The translations under genes were made by a program, and so were the position numbers. From the NCBI RefSeq assembly GCF_009914755.1, contig NC_060947.1: a stretch of 64,000 nt of DNA, one strand, 5' to 3'. This DNA comes from the human T2T-CHM13v2.0 reference genome, Homo sapiens. The notes beneath the pieces were generated by a model, which ran no database searches, was not told the origin of the DNA, and saw nothing but the letters and a program-made list of their open reading frames with translations. Positions within the stretch are counted from its first letter, which is position 1, and every line of letters starts with the position of its first letter. This document shows, in pieces, positions 28,013 to 43,547 of the stretch.

Positions 28013-30393
28013 CGCATATGTAATCATTGAAGAAAATTAAATTATAACTATGAAAATTCAAGCAGTCACAATATAGTGCAAAACTGAATGGTTTATTAAA
28101 GATGTTTAATTTGAAGGAGATTTTTTACAAGTAACATTTGTTTTAAATTATTCTTATTAACATTTTAAAAGATTGATTTTGCATGATACAAGAAGGATGG
28201 TGGCTTCCTATATTACAGAAGTAATATTTTAGAGAAGTAATAGTTCCAGTCATTGCCACAGAGTTCTAAATAAAATTTGCACATGGAAAATTAAGCATGT
28301 AAAGCAATTGCATCCTCATGATTTAGCTAAGAAAATGTCCAAAACAGTTAAGGTCAGTCGTAGATTTAACTCAGTGTTTCAAAACCATTTGATTCATTGG
28401 TACCAAAAGCAAGCGTTTTACATTTTTCTCCAAATCTTTGGATGTTGTTATTTCTTCTTTAAGCACCATAAATTTTTAGCTATGCATGCTTACTAGAAGT
28501 AAGCAATAAGCAATAACTTATTCCTTTTCATCTGTGGCTTATAGAACCTCTTGCTTTGTGCATATGTTTTGCCCCTCTATTTCACTCCAGAGGTTTTGAT
28601 CATATCAAGTTTCACTTAATAAAGATGAGTAGAGGGCAAAAATCAGTAGTAACTTTGGGGAAAAGTAGAAGTTCCCCTTAGGCATTGAATTATAATCAAG
28701 TGAGGAAAAGCTATTATTGATACTCATTCAGAATTTCATATTAGATCATTGAAAATCTTTAGGAATAATGATTGCGGAGTCACCGCTAATAACTTAATGA
28801 CAATTGAATATGTTAAAGGCTTTGAAAAAGATAAAATAGATGTAGATGACAACTCCTGACTCAGATGACTATAGTAATTTTTCATAATTACCATTCACAG
28901 AATACAATTTAGATAGAAATAAGAGCAAGAGTTAAATGCAATACGGAGTAGCTCTAATAGGACCTAGACATCAGGGTTAATTTGAAAATTATAGTTCCTA
29001 AAGTAATTGTGTTGCAGAAGCCTATCATACAAAATATAAACCATGAAATAAAATTTTTATGAACTTCTTACTAAAGCTGTTTTTATACCCTTGTTTTGAT
29101 GATTTACATTTCTAATTTCACAACTTTAGCCCTTAGTTGAGCCCTAAGCAAATTTATGAAAACATATTTCTTATTAGAGTACTTGAAATCCCCTGTATGT
29201 TACTAATCCCAACCAATGAATAAGAATTTCCATTCTGCAATAAATATCATTGCTATCCCATAACCTATGTTTCACTTGTACAAGAAAATACTTCTTCAGC
29301 ACAAAGAAGGAATGATTAATTCTTAAAATATTAAGAAAACAGCCTAATAAAGTCTCTCAAATTCCACTTGTAAAAGCAGAAAAAATATTAGAGTAAAATC
29401 GCCACAGATTGTCTCCTCAAATCATAGGAACATGAAAATTGGAAACTTTCAGCAAAATTTATTTTTAACATTGTTCAACTGTTTTGTATAGAACATTTAA
29501 CGTTAAGAAGCAATTTTGTGGTTTGAACTATTTGCATGATAATTTCTGGTGTGGAAGATGCCTTAGAGCTGTGTTGCTTCAACTTTTCACATCAGCACAG
29601 TAACAGTGGGGCCAATTTGGTCTCTTTATGTATATTTCAACATTAAAGTTATTTTTAGACAAATCTACCATTGGAAGATTATTGTTGCATTGGTGGTGGT
29701 GAGTGAGATTCAGCTATGTCAAATCTCTCCATTTAAAAAAATGAGGCTGTCACATATTTCAGGACTTCTCTGATGAGGTGTCACAGTATTTTGATTTAAC
29801 AGACTTTGTATAACTATGTGGATACAATAGCAAAAGTTTATTTTCATTTTTTTTTTTGTAAATTGTTTTGAGCTAGGTCAGAATGATTTCTAAGCATACA
29901 CACGCTAAAACAATGCTAAGACATAGAAAACAGCAAATTTTTCAGGCTATTGGTAGATAGTTTAATAAGTTCGTCCTCTTTTGAGAGGTCTAGTCACCTG
30001 TGTCTAGTGTTGGATGGAAAGGGGCTTGGATCCACTGGTTAGTCTTCCTTATTGTCTCAGAGAAGGAGAAAAGGGCTTTATCGTGAAGAAAAATGACTGA
30101 TGGAGCTCTATATACACAATAGTATAATTTGAATTTAATAATCAACTAATAGTACCAAACAATTTATAACCCCCATAAACTCCTAACACCCGATCTTCAT
30201 TTTCACTGTAATAATTCTGTCGCAATACAAAGTGTTCATAGTTTTTTCTTGTATTTGTCAATAAGATGGCTCAATTTTGGATGAGAATTTCAACCACTGT
30301 TGTTTACAGAAGTTAGGATTTTTTTTTTACCACCATGTTGAGCTCCTTGAAAAAATTAAAGGTAAACTTTTTGAGGTGAGGTAGCCTTTGTGA

Positions 30394-30710
<317 letters not shown>

Positions 30711-33700
30711 ACAACTGAAGAATTTGAGGTCAAAATAGTCCTAATGAAGGCTATCATTCTTCAGCTCTGCCTTTCATGACCCTTTCAGTGTACATATTCA
30801 TCTGGTTATATTTTCAGTCAATTTCTTGGCTCACCCAAGAAAAAAATGCATATCTTGTTGAAAAATTCCTCGCCAACTATTTTCCATCAAACAGTTTTTC
30901 ATAGGTCTTCACAGGGAGCGTTATTTTAAATACTGAGACTCCAAGGCAAATGAAACAACCAATTCATTATGCTATAATAAAACCATAAGAAAAATAACAG
31001 AGGTAATCTGAATCGAGTGACTGGTTGTTCCACAGTGTTTTTAAAAGACGCTTCTTGTTAGTGTTAGTAAATAAAGGTGTCTATGTTTTTCAGCTTAGCT
31101 ACCTCTTTTTGGCTCAAATCAGATTCTACTATCCAGTTTTTAATCAAATTTTCTCTTATCTATAATTAACCCTTCAAAACTAAACTTTAAAGTTCAACTT
31201 GTTTCCTTTTTATGACTAGCTGAAAATTTTTTAATTGTAAAAGAAAAATGCTTATAATTTTTTCTATATGCATATGATTGATTTTAAAATGTCATTGCAA
31301 AAACGATGGCCTCATGGCATATAGGTTCATGTTTTTTTGTGTGCCAGACACTAAAATTGAGGCTCCTTTATATTATTAAATTGAAACTCATGTTTGAAAT
31401 AAACTAAATACAGCCTATAAGGTTTAGATTCACTGCAGTTTACTGCTGATTGGAATACTTTTGGTATCGAGTTTAATATCTGACACAAACTTTCATCATT
31501 TGTGATATTCCCTTCTAATTTATCTTGCATATTTCCACCAGTTTGAAATTTGCACTTCAAACTTCCTATTTTTATTCATGACCCATTTCAAAATATGATA
31601 TATTAATTATCCTTTACTGTAAATATATGTACTCAAAGGGGTTTGGTAATACCCTCTTTGTAATAAGTATGAAAAGAAGTGTCCAATAATATGGATTGAT
31701 TAAATAAATATAATCCATATAATACTCTGTAGCTACGGGAATGAAAAAAATAGAGTTACTTGTACTGATAGAATTTTGTGCTTTTTAGAAGATATATGTG
31801 TATGTGCGTCCATACATACATGTGTGTATACTGTATATGTGCGTATTTCTATATATTCATGTACATATGCATATGTTTGTCATGTTTGTCTATTATTATA
31901 CACACGTGTTGTTTATATATGTAGTATTAGCCAAGAAACATACAGAAAAAACTGTTTCCATGGTTACCTCTGAGCTCTGGGGAGTGAAACCAAAGCACAG
32001 AATGTGGGTAGGAGCTCTTTACTCTTCATCATCTATCCTTTTTAACTGTTTCAATTTTTTTTTTACTATGACCATTTGATTTAGTATGAAATTTGTTATA
32101 TATATATACACATACATATGATATACATTCATACATGTTGTGTACATTTATATCATATATATATTACATTATATATGTATCTATATACAATGTAGTAGCT
32201 ATCTTCAAAGAAGATTTTTTATAACTAAAGATAAGAATGTTAAAAGTGAAGGAAAACCTCAAGGCCCAAATAACTTTGTTTGTAGTATTTAAATTCTGCT
32301 TTTTCTTTCTATTCTCTCACTGTCTATTCCCTTCATCACTTAAATTCATTCCCACTAAAAATGACTCACGGACATAGTTTGGAACTAGTTGCCACATCAC
32401 CTCAAAGTTAAGGGCAGCAGCTTCTCTATTTACAGCTGGGAAAACTTGTAACTAAGAGGGAGGCCATAGCTTTAGTTAAATCGGCATCCAAGGAAACAAA
32501 ATACCAGAAATTAACAATGGTTGCAAAATGGAGTCCTAGCCTAATCCCTCTCCTTTCTAATTACTCCCTAATTGTTTCTTAACCATGTGCCGCCAGGCTG
32601 CAGTGGTTGGGGTATGGAGAGTGAAGAACTTTTTGAATAAGGCAATTCTTACTCTGGAAGGACTAACGAAGAACCTGATTGTAACTAAAATGAGGGAACA
32701 GTTCCTACTATTTCCATCAAATTCATTCTGCCCAAGGAAAAAGATGATGATTTGATTTTAATTATGCTAACAGCATTTCAATAGCCTCCGGAGAAAATGC
32801 CTGCTTTCCAAAATGCAGATCACTAAATTATACTGTGCCTCCTAGCAACTCCTACTACTGAGAATTCAAAGCTTATCTCAACTTTACTTTGTTTTAACCA
32901 TCCTAAGATTTCAGTCCACAGCTTTCCCATAGGCTCTACCTGCCTTTTAGTGTCTAGAACACACTCTCACGGCATCTGGGTCTTCAAACCCACACAGTTC
33001 CTGTGAGCTATTCAAGATAGGTCAGGTTCCAGCTGAGGTCAGGCATTGTGATCACTCAAGTTAACCCTCCTCTAAACCCTACCTCTAGTGTCCTAAATTT
33101 GCTTTTTGTCTCAGCAGATAAAACCCAGAGGTTCCCAAACCTGCTGTGCATCTGAGTCATGAGGAAAGTTTGTGAAATAGATTCTTGGTTTCTCAGCTAC
33201 ACTAATACACGGCAAGGCTTGCTATCCTTTCTTCCAGTTCACTGCTTCTGGGTCCTGCATGCTGGAGCACCACCAGTGCTGCCTCACCTCTGGCCTCCTC
33301 CTGACAAAGGGGTCTCTACACTCTGCACTCTGTCATCTGTAACCAGCCTTCTTAGGCACAAGCTGCCTTCTATTTTTTAACTCCCAGTTTCGTTTTTATG
33401 AACTATTCAAATCAAATAATTAAGAATAACATCAATGATGCCAGCACCAGTAGAATAAGGCACACCTTTGCTTTAGGTCAGATTTCCTTGTTCCTCTGTT
33501 TCCTGATGAAGGCCTATGCTTCTGGACTTTCCCTTGATTCAAGATGAGTGTTCTGCTTTTCCAAATGGCCATCAGCAGGGACTAATGGTGGTCACTATTA
33601 GTCTTCACTGACAGGCTTTTTAGTCCAAACTTGGAGACATGGCTATTGAGCCCAGAGTTCTCCTCACAGGCACTGAGGCACAGGATTCTATGAGCCTCCT

Positions 33701-35279
33701 CTAATAGGTTTCATTCACAGGGATAATGACATGGATGGATATGGTTATATTCATGTAGGTTTTAGCAAGAAAGATGCTGTCCACTGAGAGCTACCTGAAA
33801 GATTATGATACACACTCTTGGAAAAGAATAAGAGGAGCAGATTAAAATAAAAATCTTTGCTTAACAGTTTGAGTTGGATGGCTTGATGAATTGCAACACC
33901 TAGGAAAAGAAATCTTCCTAGGTTATCTTACAGTTATGATTTTTTTAAGTATAAAGGAGATGAGAACAATACCAATGTAATTCATCTTAAAAGACTTTAA
34001 CCTGTACTAAAGATTTGTGAAATTCTTCATTAATTATGATTGACTATTAATACCATCTCAAAGATTTTGCTAGACCTAGAAAGGCTTTGTTAAATAATTT
34101 TCCATGTACCCCATACTCTCACAGATTTAAAACCTAACACTGGGAGATAGTCTATCAGGCAAAATTATGAACTTATATATTGATGTAGGCATAGTTGCTC
34201 ATAGGTTCCAAAAGTTAATATATACATTTCCAAAAGTTAAATATAACATTGTGGTTTTGATTACATATCACGTTTTCCTTTCCCGCTCAAATGAAGTTTT
34301 AACATGATTGCCTAGATTTGGTTTCAAATTTACCTGCCTTAGAAACTGTCACTCAAATGTACAATTACTTTTTCAATGTTAAGAAGAATATGTTATGATA
34401 AGAGGTTCCTAAAGAAAGCATTTCATAGTTCTCTGGCATTGAATTTTTTTTATTTGTTACCTTGTTTACTTGTGTGTGAACGAGCATAAAGTGAACCCTC
34501 AGAGGACAAGAAAAAATATCAGGTATTTCTTTATGGATTTAATCTCTGAAAATTTTCCATCATCACTAATGATGTCCCAGGAGTCCTTGAAGCTAAAATA
34601 ACAAGATATACAATTTACACATTTTTATTTAGATGCACTCATTGTTTGCAAATAACTTTGCAATCTGATAAAGAGGCAAAAAGATAAACTATAGGTATAA
34701 TAAACTTGAATAAATGGATAGAATTTAGAATGTATCTGGGGGATATATCAAGGGTCTGTTTGGCAACTTGGGAAGATGATTGGAGAAAAGGACAGAAATA
34801 CTTGAGGAAATCTTTCTGCATGGACTGGATCAAGTCTAAATTCCAAAATACTGTCCAGCCATGGAATGGCAGGTTAGATGACAGCTTAGAGCGAGGATTG
34901 GAAATGGGAAACAATGTGAGGATGGCAAAAGAGGGTATGTCTCAAGATGAGATTCACCAGAGCAGAGCAAAGCAGTGAAGAGCCTTCACTTCATTGGACA
35001 GCACTTGCTCTTTCTCCCTTTACATAGATTAACCTTGAGTTTAGCAATGCTTATGGAGACTGCTAGAGAATGAAGGGAAACAAGACACAATCTGTTAAGT
35101 AAAGAAGCCTAGAAACATTGGGTATGTGGAAATATAACATGATGGTGCTAACAGTCATTATGGTGACTCTCATTTGTAGAAGACTAGTTCTGTTTCATTA
35201 AGAGATAGGTTTCAGCTTGTCACCTAGTAGATCTTATCTTAATCATGGCTGTGTATGTTGACTCACATACCATTTTTAC

Positions 35280-35540
35280 TAGTATGCACATCCACCGTTT
35301 ACTGAGCTGTTGCTCTGTGCTAACTTACAGTGTGCTAAGAGCTTTATATACTGTATTCATACAGTTAATCCCTATAACGAACCTAGGAGTGAAATTTTTC
35401 ACACCCAGTTTTGCAAATGAGAAAATTAAAATATCAGAATAAGTGACATAACTTTCTTAAGGTCAAGGAGATAATAAAAGATAGGCTTCTATTTTGACAT
35501 AGATTTAGCTGTCTCAGGGGCCTAAATTCGAGCCACCGCA
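35280..35540 (-). mobile_element. MIR
   Basis: tttactgagc...gtgctaagagcttta...ttttgcaaatgagaaaatt...aaggtca. Confidence 0.7.
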
Positions 35541-36950
35541 TTTATGTTTTAGAATAGCGATTGCAAATTGTTGACTGGAGCACCAAAATCAGCCTGGGGA
35601 CCTGCTTTACTGATTCTACATACTATGTTTTCAGACAATCTGAATGTGCATTTTTATGGAGGGGAGTGTTAACTGGAGTCACCGTGCATCATTGTTTTAA
35701 ATCATCTTGACGTTTAAGATTTCAGTTTTTCATTTAAGGTTACAGGTTGAATAATATTTCTCCCTACTTTATCAAAATATATATCATATATATGTATAAA
35801 ATAAACTAGCACAACAGTTATTTAAAGACAGTTCAATTGTTTGTACTGAGATATACAAACAGAAACATTTGGGAGAAATATTACAATATTCGTAAAGAAG
35901 CCAGGGACATTGGTTTTGCAATATTGAGGTGACAAGTTTCCAAAAATTAATTCTATACTGATTTCAGATCCTATTTTCCATGAATAGACACAGCCAGAGG
36001 GATTCCCTTCTGTAATCCTCATCCGTATGCCTCTACCAACCAATTAATTGCTCATTACTGCATCAACATAAGTGTGAATTTGTTGACAGAGAGACATTTA
36101 AGAAAGAGGTTGTAAATATGTCCCAATGGTCCTACGTACTCTGGAATGTGGGGGAAACCATAATCACAGTTAATTCAATGTCAAATTTCTTATTCAAATA
36201 TGTATTTCCAGTTACGGTGATAATTTTTCATTCATGCTCGATTGTGATGATTTTTGCTTTTATTTTATGTTATTCTCCATTACGGAACTTCATTTTGTTT
36301 TACACAAAATAGTTAATATAATACTTCGCAGTAAGGGCATTTTGAAAGAACAGTGGCTTAAAAACAAAATTTATCTTTGTGTTTCCTACGAGGTGGTAAG
36401 CCAGTTAGTATTCAACAAGTGTTTATAAAATTATTTCATTTTCTTAAAAGCCTATAATAAAGATATTAACTGGAGAAAGAACGTTGAAAATTCAGATGAG
36501 ATGACCAGTGGTTTTAATACAGAAGAGACAGTTTTCATATTTTTAGCACATAGAAAAAATTGTAAAATGTGTTTGCTAAATTCCATCTGAACATTATCGT
36601 AAGAAAACCTCACAAATATTTTAATTTCTTAAGTAAAATAGCTTATTTCATTTATGCCCTTTACTACTTTATTTTCACTAGATAAATCATCAACGTTTTA
36701 CTTACTTTTTCAAAAATCCCAGTAGAACAATCATGTTTGTTTTGACAAACTCTAGAAGGTTTTTATTTCTATTAATTTAAATAGACAAAAAGAAGACACT
36801 TGAAAGCAGCACGAAATCCCCAGCACCTTTTTACGAGATTATAACTTGTGTATAAAAGTAATTAACATTTTCTAGTATCATATTTTAACCAGATCAGAGA
36901 TTCTTAACCCAGGATTCTTGGATCTACAAATTAATTTTAAATGGCCTTAA

Positions 36951-37310
<360 letters not shown>

Positions 37311-37455
37311 CCATTCATCTGTTCTTTAAGAGCGTTTGTAACTAAAAAATTTTAAGTCAGATTTGGAGGAAGAAAATTAGAGGTTTTGGGGAGGATAAGT
37401 CTTGTTCACTGAAGAGTCCCTTTCACATAATTTAAATAAGAGCTATTGTGTATGA

Positions 37456-37749
37456 AGCTGGGCACAGTGGCTCATGCCTGTAATCCCAACACTTTGGGAG
37501 GCTGAGGCGGGTGGATCACTTTAGGTCAGGAGTTCAAGACCAGCCTGGCCAACATGGTGAAACCTCATCTATACTAAAAATACAAAAATTAGCCGGGGTG
37601 TGGTGGCACATGCCTGTAATCCCAGCTACTTGGGAGGCTGAGGCAGGAGAATTGCTTGGAGGTGGAGGTTGCAGTGAGCAAGATCGCACCACTGCACCAC
37701 TGCACTGCAGCCTGGGCTACCGAGCGAGACTCCGTCTCAAAGAAAAAAA
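37456..37749 (+). mobile_element. AluSx-like
   Basis: Dimer with small right-arm indels; TSD agctattgt(g/a)ta(t/c)ga. Confidence 0.95.
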
Positions 37750-37824
37750 GCTATTGTATACGAATTGGGCTGCTATTATTTATTCTCAGTATTTAATAGT
37801 GAAGAAATGTCTTTTCTAATCATG

Positions 37825-38440
37825 CTTATTTATCCATTCACTTTCTGATAAGCATTTATTGAGTGCTTAATGAATGCTAGATATTGTTTACCAAGATAGG
37901 AACTCAGAAGGTTGAGCAATCTGGGGAGAAATATGACTAATCAAATTGCTGACACATTGAGTGTGAGATGCTTGTGGGATATCCAAATGGAGATGTCCAT
38001 GGAGGGCAGAGGTCCAAGCCAAAGACTTAGATTTGAAGGTCAGTAAATATGGGTGGTAAAGTCATTAAAGTGTTTGATGTAGGTAAGCCCATTCTTGCAT
38101 GTATAGTGTGAGTAGAGGATGAATGAGAGAAACAGCCAACATTCCCTAGGTGCGTGGAGGGAGTACCTTCCAGAGAGGCTGGAAAGTGGTTGTAAAAAAA
38201 GCCAGCAGAGAAAGACTTCCAAAATGAGGGAAGAGTAAGCTATACCAAGAATGTAGAAAGATCTAGTAAAATAAAGACATAACCATTCAAACTGGGAATC
38301 AATTTTAGTGGAAGGCTATCAGTGGACGTCAGACTGCAGTTAGTAGATGGGAAACGACTTTCAGTGTGCTGTATGTTTAAGGAAATGATTGATTGGGAGA
38401 TAAAGTCAGAAAGGACCTCATTACTTAGCACCTGGTATGT
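37825..38440 (-). mobile_element. L2 fragments
   Basis: aagcatttattgagtgctt...gggatatccaaatggagatgtcca. Confidence 0.65.
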
Positions 38441-38577
38441 GATATTTTATAAATACCAAGTTAATGGCTTTAACTGGGAAATAATAAAATCATTTTCCTC
38501 CTAATCCCAGAAGACAATCCACTGAGAGAATGGGATACTTAACCAGGGGAGAAGACAGTGATAACTTTGGCATAACG

Positions 38578-39214
38578 TGTATCATTCAGAGTTCAACCAG
38601 AGAAGTAGAGCAGTAGGGTATTATATATGTATCCTATTAGGTGTGTGCATGTGTGGAGTTTGTGTGTATACACATACATATAGATAGATACACATATATT
38701 TTACAGAGAATCGGTTTACACCATTATAGATCTGGCTAAGCAGTCTCCACAAAGCTGTCTCTTCATCTAATATCAGAGCCTGAAGTTCACAGGCAGGCAG
38801 TCAGGTGGGAAGATCACAAGCAGGCTTGAATTCCACTAGGATAGACTGAAACCTGTGTTTTTTGTTGTTAGTTGTTGTTGCCTCTGACCACGGCAGTAAG
38901 AATGAGCACACATACCTCTGGCCCAGAAATCAGACACTGAAGGAAGATCCAGGGGGGAAGAGAGCAATCCCAGGTCCAAATGATGCTTTATGTCAATGAG
39001 GCAAGTCAGCATACCAGCAGCAGTATGCATGTGTGCACACACATATGCATGCACATACACACATACTGCAAAATGGCAACTGCCTTCCTAACATCCTCCA
39101 ACTAGTGTGAAAGAATTTATCGTGTAGCCTACCCTAACTGGACACATGCAAGAAAATGGAATTCTGGTAAATGTAGTTTGACCTAGCAAGTTGGCACATT
39201 ACAGAGCCAATACA
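38578..39214 (-). mobile_element. ERVL-class solo LTR (family uncertain)
   Basis: tgtatcattcagagttcaaccagagaagtagagcagtagg...ggaattctggtaaatgtagttt...aagttggcaca...aca. Confidence 0.75.
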
Positions 39215-41728
39215 ATGCGTACTTTCAGAGATGGCAAGCCTTAGAGGCTACTAGAGTAGGGGTTCTGGGTAATCATTGTGCTTCATGAAGGTCCTGTCAC
39301 TTGGTAGATAAGTGAAGGAAGTTATGTAGAAATCTGAGGGTGGGACCATGAAGATCAGCTTGTTTATCCTCTCAGTTGTTCTAAGGGCATTGCTGCCATC
39401 CCTGTTAACAAGGGGATTAGGAAATAACTGATTCAATTTGCCTCTCTACTACTTCCACCATTCTTAATAATAAAAAGAAATGACCAGTTTCTATTTATTT
39501 TTTTTTCAGGCAATATTTTTATAAGATGAATGATCTTGATTATTACAGTGAAAATAAAATGATCTCTCAGAATGTTCTGAAAACAGTTGTACAAGTGGAA
39601 GTTACAGTGTTGGCTTAAAGAAGAGAACATAAATACTATTCACACTTCTTTAGCTGTACTAAAAGAGCTATAGAATGTAGCCTTATTTATTGTTATGTAA
39701 ACCAGTAAAACTTATCCAGCAAGTGACAGGACCTTCATCCTGTACCAAATCCCTGTTTTTGGAGTAAGATGCCAATGGAAATAGTGGAGCTAGTTTAAAA
39801 TCAAACATCAGTTCAACCAAACTGATTTAACATTTTCATTTGTGTTGGGGAAGCTCACGGTCTTTAAATATCGATGAGAAAGGTGTCTCTTCTAATACTT
39901 GCTTATGTGCTGTTAATGCTGTACTCCCAAAGATGATCGCTAATCTATAATCTAATCTATACAACTACACTTTTCAAAGGATGTTTAGAGTCACAGACCT
40001 GAACCTGACTTAGGGAAAGGTGTTTCTCCAAGAGCTTTTCTGTGACTACAGATTGTTGGAGAAAACAGGTAGTGAAGGAAGATGGCGCATGATCTGCTGC
40101 GCTACCATGAAGTAGAATATATGGTGATATTTTAAGGCTATATGTTTACTTTTGCCTAAATTATAAAAGCAATATTTTTATATTATAAAAATTTAAATGT
40201 TGGGAAATAAAGACTCATATAAAAAAGATAACAAAGAAGTAACTGAGATATGTCACAAGTTCTTTAAAGCTTCATCCGTGGAATCTTAAGAGGCTCTCTC
40301 CTACTTCAGATGAGAAAGTCAGGAAGCATATCGTTTGACTAAACAGTGATATAAAAAATACTAATTAAGTGACATTTCAGAATTGCAGTTTTGAAATGAT
40401 TTGCTGTTCTGCTCACAAGAATCGTAGTTATGTTTACTAACTTTATTCATTTTGTCTTAATATTTGCTATAGCTGCCGTGGGCATGGCCACGGCAAATGT
40501 AAGCTATCAGACTGACCAGGTTGATCACATCAATGAGGAATATTTTCATTAATCCAAGATGGTGTTTGATTCAGAATGCGCATCGTATCAGCAACACTTG
40601 CCATCGACCATTAAATGTGAGGAATTCCAACAGTTAGTTAGCACCAAGGAGTTAACGATATGAAACATCATCCAGAACTGAACAAATGGCTTTACTCCTT
40701 CCTGTATCTTGGGCTGTGTGGAAGTTGTCAGGGTTTCCTGGAAAAGAGTTAGATATGCTTATATAGATTAAATATACTAAAGGGCATTCCCCGTAACAGT
40801 CAAGTAAGTGTTGGGTAAAAGGCAAGTTTATTCATGTAACTACAGATAGAATACGAATAGTGTGAATGATTCCGTAAGTATTTTAGGGAAAGTATTCATC
40901 TTTATGCAATGAAATATATAAAGTGGTCATTTTCCTAAAGACAAGAAGACAGTTATTTTAATTGACTTCCACAACTTCCCACTTAGAGAGTTGCTAGTAT
41001 TAAAAAATAAATAAAATATCACTGCCATGAAGATTAAGAGTGATAGTCAGAAAATGGACTTCAGAAAATGATACACTTTCTTTAGGTAGGAAAGCAGTAA
41101 AGCTATTCTCAAGTGATAACCTTTTATTAGATGCTGGCAAGTCTGAAATGCTCCTTGACAATCTCTTTTATTGAACGAATCTTGAGGACTATAAACCTAG
41201 ATCAGTGCCTTATAATCCTTGCATAAGGCTGTTGTGATTAAAAACCAAGTGAAAAACTTCCCAATAGCTCACAGAAGAGTAATCAGTCTGTCTTAGTATT
41301 TATTAGGGTGTGTGTGTGTGTGTGTGTTTTAATGGGATACTGCTTAAGTATACAGGCCAGGAGTAAAGGTAACACCATGAGGGAGGGTAAAGGCATGGAA
41401 AGTCAGATTGGGAACTCCAAAAAGAAAGAAAGAATTTTGAGGGTTGTCAGAGCTTCTCAAGAGATCACACGTTTAGAGACAATTCAAATACTTTTAAACA
41501 ATAATAACAAAAAAATCTACTGAGCCTTTAGTTTCATGATCAGAATGGGGGATCAAAGTCAGAATACCAGGATTAGTTTCAAGTGATTTTAAAGACACCA
41601 ATATTAGAATGGACTGAGACAGGAGATACAGGTTGCAAAGAGAAATAAATAACAAGTCTTCCTCAAGAATGAAAAGAACTCTGAGAGACGTAGCTTTGGT
41701 CATAGACTAGAAATGAGAATAACAGTGA

Positions 41729-42223
<495 letters not shown>

Positions 42224-43049
42224 TAGGCTCAGAAGCTGTCAGAAGCATTTTACTGAGCCAGTATGGAGAAGAGACAAGCAGAGCAAACTTCTGCCTGAAA
42301 AACAAGCAGTTAACACTGAGTACTTCTAATATAATGGCGACTAACAAAAATCCTTCTAGGCAGAAAAGGAGAAAACACAAAACAGTGAGTTCACTGTTAC
42401 ATCTTAAATAATAAACAACATGCATTAGCCATCATGATTTCCTGCACTTGCCACGTTATAAGCTTATAAAGCTTCCTAAAAATATTTCATTAGCTTTGAA
42501 AACTAATAAATCTAATGATTACAATTTATATTTTTAAAAACATAAGAAAAGCAGGTTTGTGCCTAAGACCTTGAGTGTCAAGAAAGTTTAGAGAGGATAA
42601 CTCATTAAAGTGTACAGCGAATCATAAAATTCAATTTGAATTGAACCTTCCATTTTGGCCCAACCTATCCATGTAAAAACCAGCAAAACAAATCATTCTA
42701 AGTCACAAGCTGCTGTATGTGTTTTAGAACAGATACTATTTACTATATTACCCCTAAATAAACCAAGGTCTAAGTAAATGGTTTCTAGCTTTTCTCTAGT
42801 TAAGCTAAGTTCTTTCTTAAAAGGAAACTCGTTCTAATTCATATTTTTCTTCTCGAAGAGGGAGCTTATATTTTTCTGTTTCTGCACTTTGAACATGAGT
42901 ATTGTGGGAAAGTATTAGGGGATTAGCAGGAGATAAACGTGGTTTTTGTCTTCACCACTAAGTGGATCAAATTAGTGGGTATATGGCCATGATTTTATTC
43001 TGCCACACTATGACCTGTGAGACAAGGTGGAAAAAGTAGATTCTAGAGG

Positions 43050-43547
43050 CACTGATGGATACAGGCTAAGCTGGGTAACAAGGATACCCCAAAATGTAAT
43101 GTCTTTGATCAAATTGAAGTATATTATTTCTCTCGATAAATAAACCAATAGCTAGCAGCCCCAGACCAGTCAGGTGATTCCATTCAATTAAGTCATTCAG
43201 GGACTCAAGTCCCTTATATGTTGTTGCTCCCCATTTTTTTCCTCGTATTTCTGGTGGAAGCCAGTTCACTGATACATCTGCTTTCCAGTCTGCAGGAAAG
43301 GGAAAAATAAACTCCAGGGCATGCAGCTTTATCATAAAGGAAATGACCAGGAAATTGCACACATCACTTCTTCATACATCTCGTTGACCCGGTCTCAGGC
43401 ACATGGCCACATGTAGCTGCAAGAGAAGCTAAGAAATGTGGTCTACAACTGGGTAGCCACGTGCTTACCTAAAATTCTAGGGACTATACTACTAAAAGGA
43501 AGAAAGGACTAATAGACACTGGGACACATTTAGTGGTCTCTGCCTCA
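43050..43547 (-). mobile_element. Old MaLR LTR (MLT1J/K/L-like)
   Basis: ggaaattgcacacatcacttc...cacatggccaca...tagctgcaagagaagctaagaaatgtggtct. Confidence 0.8.
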
